Shown: positions 1-17,149 of the stretch, piece after piece
How positions within the stretch are numbered: the stretch's first letter is position 1
Layout of the letters: each line of letters begins with the position of its first letter
DNA from: Lama guanicoe
Taxonomy: Eukaryota
Length of the DNA: 64,000 bases
Assembly (NCBI GenBank): GCA_013239625.1
Contig: MU056925.1
Location: 3,324,031 to 3,388,030, forward strand
Direction: 5' to 3'
The notes under the pieces: model-generated
What the model was told of the DNA's origin: nothing
What the model saw: the letters and a program-made list of their open reading frames with translations, nothing else
Databases searched by the model: none
Position numbers and translations under genes: made by a program

Positions 1-3508
<3,508 letters not shown>

Positions 3509-6500
3509 TCAGGCCAGGCGGGGGAGGCTGGTGTCCGTCAGAGGGGCGGCCCAGTCCATCTGAGCGACCGCAACCGCATCATGGGGCCCTCACGCCTGCT
3601 CTGCGGTGCCCACGTGCCCAGTGGCACCTCTCCCGCTTCCGTGAGGACGTGACTGACACGGGCACCTCGTGTGTGAACAGCAGAGACCCACGTCCCCAGA
3701 TGGACCCCCGTGCCGTCATCTCCGACACAGGCTCCCAACGCGCAGCGCTCTTCCCGGCCGCTAGGATGGCGGCTCTCGCACCACGTTCCTGCGCCTCGCG
3801 GACGCTGGCTGGGAAGCCGGAACGCCGCGGTCACATTTAGGCAGCAATTTTAAAGGCAGGCGACGCCCTTGCCACACAGAAGCCATAGAGCAAACGATGA
3901 CAAGGCAGTGGCCCGACCCAGACACATGCTGGCAGGGGTCCCAGAGCGCAGGCCGTCACGAACCTGGAGTCAGCGGGCTGGCTTCCCAGCTCGTTCCCGC
4001 CTCGAGAATCACGAGCCTCGTTTCCTCACTGGCAGGTGTCCGCCCACCGCAAAGCCATTGCGGGCCGTGGCCTCACGCACCCACCACTCCCTGTGTGCAC
4101 AGGAACCCAGGGCTCGTCTCCCTCCGAGAAACTTCCACCTGTAACGTTTGCATGCCTTCTAATCTCCAAACTGACATGTCACCTACGAGCTGCCACCGTG
4201 GTTAGCAGACACTCGGTCCAGGCCCAAGCTTCCTGGTACTCGGTCCTGCCCAAAGCAGTCCAGGGTCTCAGAAGCCGATCTACCTCCAGACTCCCAGGGA
4301 CCCAGCTAACACCCCTTCATCTGAACTCTCTTTTTCTCCTAGGAAAATAGCGTTTAAGAAATGGGATTTAAGAACAGGTCAGAACAGGCTCTGGGACCGG
4401 GGCCCCCAGCTCGTCGACGGGTGTGCCCGGCAGCCTCCTGCTGGGGAGACCCACCTTCACGAGATGACTCAGCACCGACTGCCTGCATCTCACAGAGCAA
4501 ATCAGGAACTCCAACTGGCTTGACTGGCCAGTGTGGATTCTTCCAGAGATACCAGAGCAGAGGGGCTGGATGCGGCCATGAGGGCGGAGCCCTGCAGCCA
4601 CTGGTGAGGCACCCAGATGCCGGGGGCCCACAGCAACTAGGTTTATATTTCCAATCTGAAATAAAAAGAAAGGGCTCTGGATACTGTTTCAGCGGAGGCT
4701 GTTTCCTTGTTTCATGCTGTTTTGAGTCTGGGAAATGCAGCCTCCACACCAGCACCCTAGGGCTGAGGGTGGGGGTCTGCAAAGGCAGCATCACTCCTGC
4801 AGTCCTGCTCGGAGGGCCACCCTAGGCTGTTTGAAAGCAGCCTGTATTTTCTTGCTGGAGGCCACAGTGGAAGAAACGCCCTTTCCACTTTCTTCAGTTT
4901 CCCCACAACCCAGTGGAAATCTCCTCCATCGGTGCCTTGGCTAGGAAGTTACGTTCACATGCTTTCCCGAGATGCTCTCCGAGGCCGACGGGCTCTCCAG
5001 ACCTGGAGGCCGGTCAGCTTTTGTAAGTCACAGTCAACACGCATCCCCACCCGCCCGGGACGGGCCAGGGTCTCTGAGCCTGAGGTCTGGCCCAGGGCTT
5101 CACATAGGTGAGCTGAGCGAGGCCAAGGTGAGCGCCACCTGAGGATGGCGGGACTGGATGAACAGCGGGGCGTCTGCGCGCGCCCACGCACACACACAAG
5201 CTCTGCTGCACGATGCCAGGGGCTCGCGGAGTCCGTGGAAGCCCGTGCTAACCGGAGGTCTTACTACGACCTGGAGATCACGCTACAGCTACAAACATCA
5301 AGGCCAACTAGAAGCAGGATGTGGCTTCTGCTCTGTGACGGAGGTCACAAGACAAGAGGGGGAACTTAGAGAACGGGTTTAGGGTGAAGACGAGGAGGGC
5401 TCTGCTTGGGGGTCAGAGCCTGTCGGCCCTGGGGGGTGGGGGCCCTGGGGAGCACCTGTCTCAGCGCCCCCGCACCCCAGCCTGATGTCAGCCTTCATGG
5501 CCGGAGACTTGCCCACGAGGGGGGCCAGGGATTCTAGGTGAAGGAAGTCGGGTGCTTCGGGGCCCCAAGCCCCCTGCAGGCCTAACAGGAGGGGTCCTCT
5601 GGGCAGGAGAGATCCACTTTAAAGTGCTTTCCAGCGCAAATCCAAGGTGCTCAACAGTCCGGGCACACAGACTCGGGTTTCAGTGAAACAAAACTGCCAG
5701 CTGGGGATCCTGGCAGGTCGGCGGCAGCAGCATCGACCGCCCTCAGTACCGGTGCCAGCAGGGTGGCCTCCTCCCGGAACAGCGACCTCCCAGCCAAGGC
5801 TTCACAGTCCACACCTTCACTTTCAGCTATCACAGCTATTTCAAGAGCATCTCCTGACTCACTCTTCCAAAAATTACCCTGAGGCAGTGGCCCTCCTGCC
5901 CAGGAGGCGGAGGAGAGAGCACCTGGAAGCTACTTAATTTTAAACAAATTCCTCCCCAGGTGCCTGTGGAGTCTGCCGATGATGTCCCTCCCCGCGTCAT
6001 TTCTGTTCCGGTTTGAGGCCCCAAGCTGGAGTTTCTGTGCGGGTGCTTCGCCTTAAAGTTGCTCTCCTGAAGGTGCTGTGTGTTCAGTCTGAACCCAGGC
6101 ACACACGCGCCCGCGCTGCCCGCGGTCCCTGCTGAAAGGAGGGTGGGCGCTGGGAACCACGGCCCGCAGCACCCACCCTGTGGGCGGGGTCAGCGGTGAG
6201 GGCACAGCCAGTAGACCCCGGGGCTGGGGCGACAGCGGAGGGCGTGGCGGTTCCCTGGGAGGGGGACCGTGGCCGCTGCACAACTCTGCGGACCTACTAA
6301 CCACCACTGACTTGAACAACCCAAATGGTTGATTCTCCGTCAAACTGTCTGTTGAAACGCTCTTGCCCTAAAGATACCCTGTGCTCGGCCGGGCTGCCGT
6401 CTGGGGCTTGGCCAGGGCGCCCAGAAGCTGGGACTCCTGGAAGTTGGGCCAAACCAGTACCACCCTGGTTACCTGCAAGGTCACCCTGTTCAGTATCAGG

Positions 6501-8229
6501 TCACAGATCCCGGCAGGAAGGCTGGTCTGGCCTCGCTAACGAGCCTCAGGGACTCAGGCTGCACCCACCTGCACTCCGGCCCGCCCTCAGCGGGAATCCC
6601 ACCGCCCGCCCCACCCCCGGGGACGTGGTCAGAGGGTAAAAGTCATTTCTCTTCCATCATTTACTCCTCACTGACGTAAACATACCTACAGTACACTTCA
6701 TTTTAGGTACAAGAAATGATCAGAGAAAGAAAAAAGCGCACGTGAAAGCTTCCAGGAAAGACTAAAAAAAAAATGAATGCAGCAGACCATCCTCTGCAGA
6801 GCCACCACCGCCCCAGCCCCACACCGCCCCCTCCGGCCCCGCACCTGAGGGCTCACAGGGAACAACACTCCCCGGGGAAGTGATGGTGGCAGTTCTGCAC
6901 ACCCACCACGACACCCCCAGCCTTCCCAGCGCGCCCTGGCCCAGAAGGACGGCCCCCGTGAAGCCCACTGGGCTAGGGCCCGCCGCCGACCACCTAGGCA
7001 CACGTGGCGGCCGACGAGCCAGGGTGCCTTACTCTTAACAGTGGACAGACGGCCAGAAAGAAGAGACTTTGGGAGTGTCTCCAACAGAAAGACAGGGACC
7101 AAATGCCGGGGAGGACTCTGAGGAAGACAGTCCAGGAGCAGGACAGGACGTGGACCACCTGTATGTCCCGGGGTGAGAGAGGGCACCGTCCCTACCACCC
7201 ACAGACGAAGGCACCTCCAGGGAAAAACAAGGCACCTGGACAATTAAGCGTGACACAAAAGAAAACTTCCAGAGGAACGCTGGGTAACAGGTTTGAAAAC
7301 ATCTCCTGTAAAAGATGGAGAAAACACAAGAAAACTGGAGCTCAGCCAGCTGAACAGCTGAACGGGAGTGACTCTGCAAGGATGCCCCTTCTCTGGCAGC
7401 TGCAGGAGGAGGCTGGGGTCCTGAAACCTGGCCCAGAGCCCCTACGCGGCCACCCTGCCTCCTGACCATCACAGAACTGGTGCCGGCGGGGTCTGCCGGT
7501 GCCGTCACACAACCTGAACACAGGGCGCTGCCACACGGTCAGGAGCCGAGGACACAGATGCTGCAGGGTGAAGTCTGGCCACCTTCCCTGTGCCGGGGCA
7601 ATCAGTCCCCCGCACTCCCTGAGCGCGGACCCCGCGTGCCCAGGACCTGCTGCCACGTGCTGCATGCTGGACCAGGGGCACCAGACCGGCATGGGACAGG
7701 GAATAGATTCCACCAGCCTGCAGCCTCGGGAGGCCTCAGAGGAGCCATGACGGCAGAAAAGACAAGACCAGGGTTTTCAAGAGTGAAACCCGTCCCTGGG
7801 GGCCTGGCTGTGCATCTCACCCAGGGACATGACGGAGCCAGTGCGCCAGGAGACTCTGCTGCCCAGTGTGACCATCCCATCCCCACCTGCCTGGCCCGGG
7901 CGGGTGGACAGAGATTCTCCCATCAGCAGACACAGGGGCTGCCAGGCGGGTCACCATGGAACCTGCCCCTTTGGGGGTGCCAGTGACAGTGCTGTCTGCT
8001 CCTCTCTCCTCCAAACAGGCACGGTCATCTTCCTTGGCTCCTGCTCCACACAGCATTTTATGGGGAGACCACCTGGAGCACCCGGTGCAGGGACTTGCTT
8101 GTAACAGAGATCCTGGATTCGGGAAGCGGTCACTGGGTGGGATGTGGGCTGCCTCCTTTGACGACAGGGATGAGTGGTTTTTATGTCTGAAGAAGGGTCA
8201 TAGATATGTGGGCGGCCAAAAGAGGGGCT

Positions 8230-8582
8230 TGCTCCTGGACATGCACCCGCTCCTGCTTCAACAGTGAACTAGCTTCAGCTGGACACATGGCTGCCCAACA
8301 AAGACGACGCTTCTCTTTCAACCATCAGACTGTGCTGGTCAATGGGACGTGAATGGTAGTGCTCTTAAGAGGAAGAGAGTGTCTTCCTCCCTTCTTTCCT
8401 TCCCAATGGCCAGAATGTGGGTGTGATGGCAGGAGCTGGAGCAGCCACGGTGGGCCTTAAAATGGACAATGGGTAACAGAGCAACAGAGCAGAAAGATAC
8501 TACACTGGGACGCAAAAGAAATCCACCTCACCCTTGCTATTCTGACCTTTGTTACAAAAACCAAGACTACATCCTAATTCTA
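8230..8582 (+). mobile_element. MaLR solo LTR (MLT1J-like)
   Basis: gtgatggcaggagctggagcagccacgg core and tttgttac...catcctaat terminus. Confidence 0.65.
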
Positions 8583-8674
8583 AGCAGCTGAAGAGCTCCC
8601 TGCGAGGAAGGGCTGAATGAACCAGGGTACACATTCATGGAGGAACATTATGTGGCCATTCAAGGGGACACCTT

Positions 8675-8868
8675 CCGATACTGTGTATCTTTGGGCAAAT
8701 CTTGGCTCCAATCTCTCAGTGCATCAGCTCTGCTGTCCTCCTCAGGGACAGCGGGTATTTACGGTGTGCACTTCACAAGGCTCTTGTATGAAATGAAAAA
8801 TTCCAAGCATAGTAATTAGAAGCATGCACAGTCTCTGACACATGGTGAGTACTCACTGAAACTGGCCC
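8675..8868 (+). mobile_element. MIR SINE
   Basis: ctgtgtatctttgggcaaat...cagtctctgacacatggtgagtactca resembles the MIR core and tail. Confidence 0.65.
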
Positions 8869-11800
8869 ATGAAGGAACATTAAAAAGTGCTGATGACACC
8901 CTAATAAATAAAAACAGCAGAGACCAAACGGTCGTGTTGCGGCTAAAGGTGTGGGATTTGAAATTAGACAGACCAGGCTTGAGAACAGGCCGTTGGGACA
9001 GTGTGAGGAGACCTAGGGAGAGTGGCTGAACCTTACTGGTAAACCCGAGCTGGGCAGGCAGAAGCCCTGATGAGGGACCCAGACTCGGGGCGAGGCGGGC
9101 ACCTGTCACACAGGGACGGGAGGGAGGGGTGAAAACAGCCCCCGGGTGAGGGCAGGATTACCCACTCAAGGCCTCGCTTCTTTCAAAATGCTCTTTAAAT
9201 GTTGTAACTGTATCCTTTTAGAAATGAAAAACTCAAGAATAGGAAAAAAACAAAAAAAGCTGCCACACACTCGATGACTAGTATTTTCAAATTTTGCAAG
9301 GTGTGACGAGGTGTCTTTCAGAAACCTCGTAAAGCAGTAAACCTGGCCCAGTTCAGCCCTGCGGTCTGGCTCGGGCTGGGGGTGGGGTTGGGAGAAAGCC
9401 CATCGGGGCCCAAGACAGCCTAAGGGGTGGGAAGATGGCCAGGCTTCTAGATTCTGGAAGAAACCCTGGGGGCCCGCTGGGCGTGACTCAACAGCCCACC
9501 GTGAGGCCCTCCACACCCCCCCTTCCCACCCCCTCCAGCGTGTTCTAGGCACAAGCCATCACCATCGCGACTCTCCCTGGGGTGGGCCCAGGACCACAAG
9601 CAAGTCCCATTTACATAAAGTCTGAGATCAGAACGCGGCAGGCACCAGCAGCCCTGTACTGTGCGAACTCCGAAGGAAAAGGAGACAGTTCAGGAAATGG
9701 TTGTGAAAAAAACTTCATGTTTAAAATCCCCAAATCAAAAGATTCTGACCATTATAAGCTTTTTCTAACCTAAAATGCCTATTTTTATTTAAAATGTACT
9801 ATCTTTTGCTAGAACATCTTAAACACAGGGGCAGAGGAGGCGGGAGCCTGCGGGGACCTTCTCAGCCGTGCTGTGTGGGACATGGGGTGGGCAGCAGGTG
9901 ATAGGCGGACCGGACAGGTAGCACCGAGGTGCCATCAAAGCACAGTTTAAACTGGAAAGAGCAGAAGGAAGCCAGCAGCCAGGGCTGCGGATGACCACCA
10001 TCCCGATCCGCACCAGCTCCATCCGCAGACAGACGGCGGGCCCCTGACACGCCAACAGAGCTCAAAGTCATCCGATTCCAAGCAAACTAGCGAGTGCTGG
10101 TGTGTGTGCCAGGCAGAGGACTCACTGGAAACCCACCTTCTCCACCAGGCCCTTGTCCCGCCTCCGAGGAGCCACACTGCCCGTGGCCCAGACCTCGGAC
10201 ACAGAGCATCCCAGCAGAGCGGCAGGTGGCGCCGTCTCAGGCACCGTGGGGACCCCGGGCCATCTCCCCAGGGACGTTCTCATCCCTTTGTGGGACGCAT
10301 TAGATTTAAAACAAACAAACAAAAGACCATGTGAGTTGAGCTCCCAAGCTTTCCAGTTTGGAAAATCAAATGGGGCAGAACATCCAATAAATCTGCCAAA
10401 GCAAATACCTTCCAGGTTTGCCTGAAAGACACCAAAGGTCATCCAGTGGGGTGAACGGAGGGGCTGCAGACGTCAGAATCACCACTTCACATGCCCTGGC
10501 TTCCTCAAGTTCAATGCCAACTGGACAGGCCCTGCAGAGGGATGTCCCGCATAGGAGGCCGGGTTCTCTGCGAACAGAGTCTCAGAAACAGCGCCGCAGC
10601 CCTCCAGGCCTGACACTGGGAGCAGAGCTCACGGGCAACTCAAGTTCTTGGGCCCTCGTCCCCTGTGCTGATGCGAAGAGACCACTTCCAAAAGTCCAGG
10701 TGGCTTCACCTACAGGGCAGTCCTCAGGGCGCCGGACCGACACCAAGCACAGGTCCGGTCTCGTCCCGGCAGACTCACCTTCCTCCACTGTCCTGAAGGC
10801 CACCCTCTCTGCCTCGAGCGCCCTACTCACCCCCGCACCAAGCTTCCCAGCCCATGGGCTCCGGGAGGGAAGTATCACCTCTGCTCCCGTCTGTCCCCTC
10901 CACACGGTCTGGGCCCACACTGGGCACATGCGTGTTGGTGCATGTGAGCGGGAGTCCCCTGCGGTGCGCGTCCCTCTGTGACCTGGAGTCTATCGGGAGG
11001 GAGGGGCCCAGGCGCGAGGCAGGGGATCAGTTCCAAATGGTGCAGCGCACGGAGGGTGAAGGCTGAAACCCAGCGTCCAAAGCACAAAGAAGCCATCAGA
11101 TCTCTCTGGTCCTGGGTCAGCCCTGCAAGACGTGGACAGTAGAACTACTCGGCCAAAGGATCAGGGAACATCTGGCGAGCACTCCACCTCCACGCCGAGG
11201 ACGAACTCACTGCTCAAATCCATGTCCTGAGCCAGCGCGGCTGCCGCCCCGTGGGCTGGAGACACCCCACGGGCGGAGCCCCGGCACTGCTCCAGTGTCC
11301 TACCAGCCAGGCCACCACAAAGTCAAGGGTCACTGAAAATGGGGGGTGGGGGCTGCAGTGTCTGCGTACCTGCCTGATCTAACACTGATTCGATCCACAG
11401 TCAGATGCCAGGACTGTCTCCACGTTATACCCAGTGTCCTCCTGCTGAGGACAGGGTGTCTAAACATGACGATGGCTGCGGGAGGCCCCGGGAAGAGGCA
11501 GGGGGGACTAAACGAAATCAGTACAAAATAAGTAATAGCAACATTTACACCTAAACGTTCTACCCAGAAAGCACCAGTAACACACTTCCTTGGGTCAGGG
11601 GACCACCCCCCGGGGACCGCCCCCCCAGCCTCCTGAGAGGGAGTGCTGATGTCACAGCAGGAGTTCTGGACCCATCACAAAGGACTGTCAGCTGCTGGGA
11701 ATTCCACTTCTGGACAATCTGCAAAACCAAGAGTCTGTCGCCTAAACTTTAATCGGTGTGAAATTCAACAATAACATAATAAAATGCAATGACAGTAATT

Positions 11801-12319
11801 TAAAAGTAGCATCGGCTGTTACTACAAGTGCCAGGTAACCCTGCACTGAGCAGGCTAAGGATATCAACTCCCCCAATCGGTTCACCTCTTGGCACCTGAG
11901 CCATGGCTGGATGCGTGCACGGGAGGCTGCGACAGGGAGAGCCCTGTGCTATCACAGTGCCCGTGAGCCAGAGGGGCAGACACACAAGGCAGGACGGGGC
12001 AGCCGCTGCACCTGGGGGGCAGGAGAAACTGGCTCTGCATCTTTCTTTTCTGGGTCCTGGCAACTCCAAAAGGCCCAGGTTCAATTCTGCCCGACTTGGC
12101 CGAGGAAACGCTCTCAGAAGCTGAAGGCAGAGCCTGGGAGGTGCTACCAGAAAGGCAGTCTTCGTCTCAGCCACCGTCACCTCCACCCAAAGGGAAGGTC
12201 TGGAGCGGGAGACCTATCCTTTCTGGACGGAAGCACAAGGATGCGGGGACAGGACCGGCCCCAGCAAACCCAGTCTCCCGTCCCCTGGGCGCTACCATCC
12301 AAGCCAAGACCTTCCTTTG

Positions 12320-12449
12320 TTTTAACTTTTTTTTGTGGGAGAGGTAATTAGGTTTATTTATTTTATTTTCTGTAATGGAGGTACTGGGGATTGAACCTCG
12401 GACCTCGTGCGTGCTAAGCACACGCTCTACTGCTGAGTGACGCCCTCCA
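12320..12449 (-). mobile_element. Camelid tRNA-Ala-derived SINE (Vic-1 type), long-tail form
   Basis: tRNA-like head with B box GGTTCAATCC, AAACCTAATTACC tail and poly(A). TSD ccaagacYtcctttg at 12304-12319 and 12450-12465. Confidence 0.9.
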
Positions 12450-13856
12450 CCAAGACCCTCCTTTGGACGCCAGGCTCAGGGCCAGCAGAGCTCTGGGGGG
12501 AGCCCAGGCACAAACCGCGGCTCCGCCTCCGAAGAGAGCCAACAGCCTTTGCTGCTGAAAAAAAAAAAGAAAAAGGAAAAAAGTTCCATTTGTCAAAACA
12601 CAACAGGAACAGTGTCTGAAAGCTTTGAGCCCGAGCTCAGCTCACCTTCCTAATTTGGAAAATCCGACAGGCACAAACCGAAACCGGACGGAGCCGCCCC
12701 TGCAGGTCAGAGGCCCGGGCGGCGGGGAAGCCGGGCGCGGGCTCCCCCGCCCCCGCTGAGGACCGCACTGGCGCCCAGCCCGGCTCCCAGGGAGGCATCA
12801 CAGAGATGGAGAAACCTCGTCCGCACCCGCGCCGTCCCGCACCCGCGCACCTCCCGGCGCCCTCACTCCCGGCTTCCACCTCCAGCTCAGCAGGGAAAAG
12901 TAACTGCCTCCCACCAGCCCTGCGACGTCTCAACACGCAGCTCCCGCACCAGCCTGGGGGGCGATGGGCGCCAAGCCCCTCCTCTTCACCACCAGCCACT
13001 GAGGGAGGGAAATGGGTGTCGGAAGGGCACCCCTGCCAGGGAGCAGAGGACGTTACTCTAGAGCGGCTCCCACAACCAAAGGAACCCCAGCTCTAACAGG
13101 GGAGCCAGCTGCGGGGCCGCGCGGGAAAGGCTGGGGAACGGGGCTCCCGTGGAGGGGTGTGGGGCGGAAGGGTGTGCCAGGGCCAGCACCACCCCAGAGC
13201 TGCTCCTCTCTCCCTCTCCCCACTTCTTCCTGGGTGCCCACATCCCCAGCATCACTGCTGTGGGGGTGACTGATGCAATGTAACACGGGAAGCCTCCCAG
13301 ACATCCCTGGAAAGGCAGACAGACAGCGCCCAAGGGGTATTACTGCCCATCATCCCTTCCTTCCACTTTTCTCCTAGAACAGAAATGCGATGACCGGTGT
13401 GCCAGCAACCATCTTGGGCAAGGAGGTCGCCTTGAAATGGAAGCCTCATGCTGAGAATGGCGGGACAGAAAAACGGAAGCAGCCTCGATGTTTGCTGGGC
13501 CAGGGGCCTGGCCTGGCCCGGCCCGTGACGGAGGCCGCAGGGCCGCAGTCACCACACGGCAGACCTGATGCCTCAGTCCTTTGCGCCCTCTGGACAAGAC
13601 AAAACTGCCCGACGCTAGAAAGGCAAATAAGCCAGAGCTCCCCACTGAAGGAAGCACAAACCACAGGCCCTGGGCTGAGTCACAACGAGAAGGGCGCAGG
13701 GCGGGCACGTTTCAGAACCCCCACCGCCCAGCTCGGCCAGGCGGGGCCGTTACTGCCACTCACGCGGGCTGAGAGCCCCAAACACTGAAAACCCCCAAAG
13801 AACAATGAAGTGGAAAGCACAAGGTCATTTAAGCTGCTTAAAAATCAGTGGTAACT

Positions 13857-13993
13857 GGGGAAAGACGCAGCTCAGTGGCAGAGCACATGCCCAGTGTGCA
13901 CGAGGTCCCGGGTTCAATCCCAGTGCCTTCGTTAAAAACAACAACAATAGTAATAAATATATAAACCTAATTACCCTGCCCCCCCAAACAAAA
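13857..13993 (+). mobile_element. Vic-1-type SINE, long-tail form
   Basis: gcagctcagtggcagagc...gggttcaatcccag...aaacctaattaccc; flanking direct repeat atcagtggtaa. Confidence 0.9.
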
Positions 13994-16900
13994 CATCAGT
14001 GGTAATTGTTTTGAACAACATCTGCTTGGAAGAGAGGACAGGAGAAAGCAAGCGCCCCCCGAGTTCCTGGCTGTCCACGCTGCACCCGCGGTGACCCCAC
14101 CGCAGCAATGAGGAGGCTGTCTAGGGGGGGCGCAGGCCGGGTTCACGGCACCGGGTGGGGCAGGACAGGCCTGCAGCCCATGTGCTGGGAGCTGTCTCTA
14201 GGGCTCTGAGTTTGCTTCTAACCAGCAAGTCATCCAAAGACGCCCCCTGACAGTGGTCAGCTTGGCACACCCCCCACCAGACCTGATGGCTTTGAGAGGC
14301 CAGTGAGGCAGTGATTCAGGCAGCGTGGACCCACAGGCTCTCCTGCTGCCTCTGTCACTGTGGGGCGGAGCCACCTGACATCCTGCACCAGCTCTGTCCT
14401 AAGATGGACCCACTCGGAGGGAACCAGGGCTTAGTCGGAGGACTTTTCTATTCAGGGTCACGGAGCTGACAAATGGGGAGTTGGGACCCAAACCCAGCAC
14501 TGCCCCTCGTGTGGGTGGCACAGTCTGGGGTGCCCCAACTGCACCCTCTTCACGCAGAGACTGCCGTGTAGAGACCCCGACAGAGAGCCCTGCACATGGG
14601 GCTTCTGGACCCAAACCGAAGGGAGAAGGGGAGGCGAGGGGCCAAGGAACGAAGTGCTGGGCTGAGGGGCCCATGGCCAAGGAGGGACAGCAGTCCCAAG
14701 AAGGCCAGTCAAGTCCCATGATATTCCTGCAGGTCATGCCTCTGTGAGGGGCCCTGGAACCTCCAGCAACGTGCCCAAGGCCGTCTGTGTCCTGGGGAAC
14801 CCTGGGCCCACCCCGCCAGCACCCCAGCCCCCCTGTACTCAGCAGGTCACCACCGGGGCTCCAGACGCCCTCCTGCTAAGACCTCAGGGAGAACCTACCC
14901 ACAGGACACTTCTGTAGCAAAGGCAGCACCGCCAACAAGCATCAAGGGCTAAAATGAGAATCTGGGAATAGCCTTTGAGCATTTCCAGCATGGCTGATCC
15001 TGGCTGGTCCCTGGAGCAGGGACACTTGGGAAGGACAGAGGAGACAGATCACAGCTCCATCTCGTTGGGGTTCATCTTAAGGCAGCCACAGATGTTCACT
15101 TAGACACACACCTCCGACCCCCACCTCAGTCAGTGCAGGACACGCCCAGACCCCGGGCACAGGTCCTAACCCAGGCCACCTCTTCCATGAGGCCCCCGCT
15201 GGCCAGGCTCACAGCTGAGCTCACACCCCAGCCCCCACAGGAGAAAGGGCTACACGGACACTTCAGAAGTCGAATTCTGAAGTGAAAACCATCACAGCTC
15301 TCCTGAGCTTCCTCACATTTCACTTCTTCCCCAGCTTTCCTGTGCTCCTCCACTGAAAATTTAGGGGCACATCCAATCCATCTCTTGCACACCGTCCATG
15401 GTGAGCCGCGCTCCTCACAGCTTTTCAAGCTGGTTCCCTTCATCACGTCGCACTTCGGTCTCCATCCACAGCAAGGAGACACTGACTGCGCGCCACTGAG
15501 ACCAACTGTGGGTTGCCCCGCCAAGGCGCCACGGCGGTCTGGGAGCTGGGAGCAAGTGTTTTTTCCTCTTTTCTAAGGGCTCATTCAGGGAAGACTTAAA
15601 TATTTAGAGGATTTTTTTGTTTTAATGAAAAAGTAAAGTAACATGAAGTTCCATGCAGAAACCCATCAGATCACGGGCTGGCGCGTGCAAGTCTGCCCGC
15701 GGGTCAGGACTTCTCAGCACCGAACCTTTCCAGCTTCATCGCCCATCAGCGCACAGGGTCGGCATCACCACCTAACCAGGTGTGTTTGCTTATTCACTTA
15801 TAAACTAGGCTCACGATGCTCTCCACTAACTTGCACCTGATGGAACAGGAAGCGGACATTTTAATGGGAGAAGATGGACAATAACCAAGCAAAAGTCTGG
15901 CGTCACCTCCTGCACCCGCGGGTTCTGCTCCCGGGTGACTGGGCAGCCCCGAGGGACAGCACCACCCCCCCCGCCTGCCGCCCTCCACAGGCCAGAGGGA
16001 CAGACTCCGGGACACCCCGCAACAGGTCCCTGCTCAGCATAACAAGTGTCTACAGCCCCTGGGAGACAACGCAGACTTCCGAGCCCTGCACGGCAGGCCC
16101 CCCGGCCTCCTCCCCTGGCCCGGCCCCGGCCAGCCCCTCCGACCCCAACGCCCAGCGGGCCGTGTGTCCCCTCCCCCACTCGCTGTCACAGGCCAGGAGC
16201 GGCGAGACGGAGAGACGGGAAAACCGCCTCTGAGCCGTCGGCTGAGGAGCCCCCCAGGTCAGGGGCTGGAATTCTTCTCACTCTCAAAGTTCAAGAAAAT
16301 TCTTTATGTGGCTGGATTAACTACTGCGGCTCTGCGGGAAGCAGGCCCGGCTGCCTCAGGGCACACCACCTCCTCACCGGGGCTGCTGGGGGGGCGACAC
16401 CCTCGTCACAGGCCACGGAGCCGCAGGGAAATTCTGGTGGGATTTTCCATCCACTTCAACGGCCACCACAGTGCAGGGCCCCCTAAAGCCCAGGCCCCGT
16501 GAGCCCGAGCGCTCTCGACGAAGCGCAGCTGGATCTGGACAGAAGCCCGCCTCGAGGCAGCACGAGGAGCACTGGAGCTTCCCAGCAGAAAGTGGTTAAT
16601 TACATGGGAAAGTCTAAAAGCAACAACTGTACCAAGAGGACAAAAAAGAAGTTCTCGGAGACGCGTGCACCTTCTTGGATAAAAGTGATAAAACTTAACT
16701 GGAGGACAAAAAAGACCTTCCTGAACGGGAAGCTACACCCCACAGTTTATACGACACTTTACAACAGGTTGTTTGATTCTTGAGAAACATTTGCCCGCAG
16801 AGGGAGGAAGGGCACTGAACCGGCGGCAGGGACGAGGTGGCCCCACGGAGAGTGAGGCTGGTGAGCACAGGTCTCGCTCTGCTGGGGCCGAGAGTCGGCC

Positions 16901-17149
16901 GCGGACCCACGGTGGAGGCGGGGACCTGCAAACACACCATCCCCACCGAGGACGAAGGGACACACGGGCCAGCGCAGACGGCAAGCTGCAGGCCTTGCTG
17001 CGGAGCCGGGGGCAGCGTGTGCACCCGGCTGCCCTCAGCACCTGCGGGGGCCACGCGGGAGACAACGGGGTGGATCCTCAGCGCCCACCAGAGTGGTGTC
17101 AGGGGAGTGCCAATAAAACACTGGACTTAAGACCCAAAGTCTTCAAAGG

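Noticed and set aside
10216-10234. CTCF-like GCGGCAGGTGGCGCC (also a weaker one at ~5130)
   Set aside because: Mismatches at conserved 5' core positions in a GC-rich background; not supportable without a PWM score or ChIP data.
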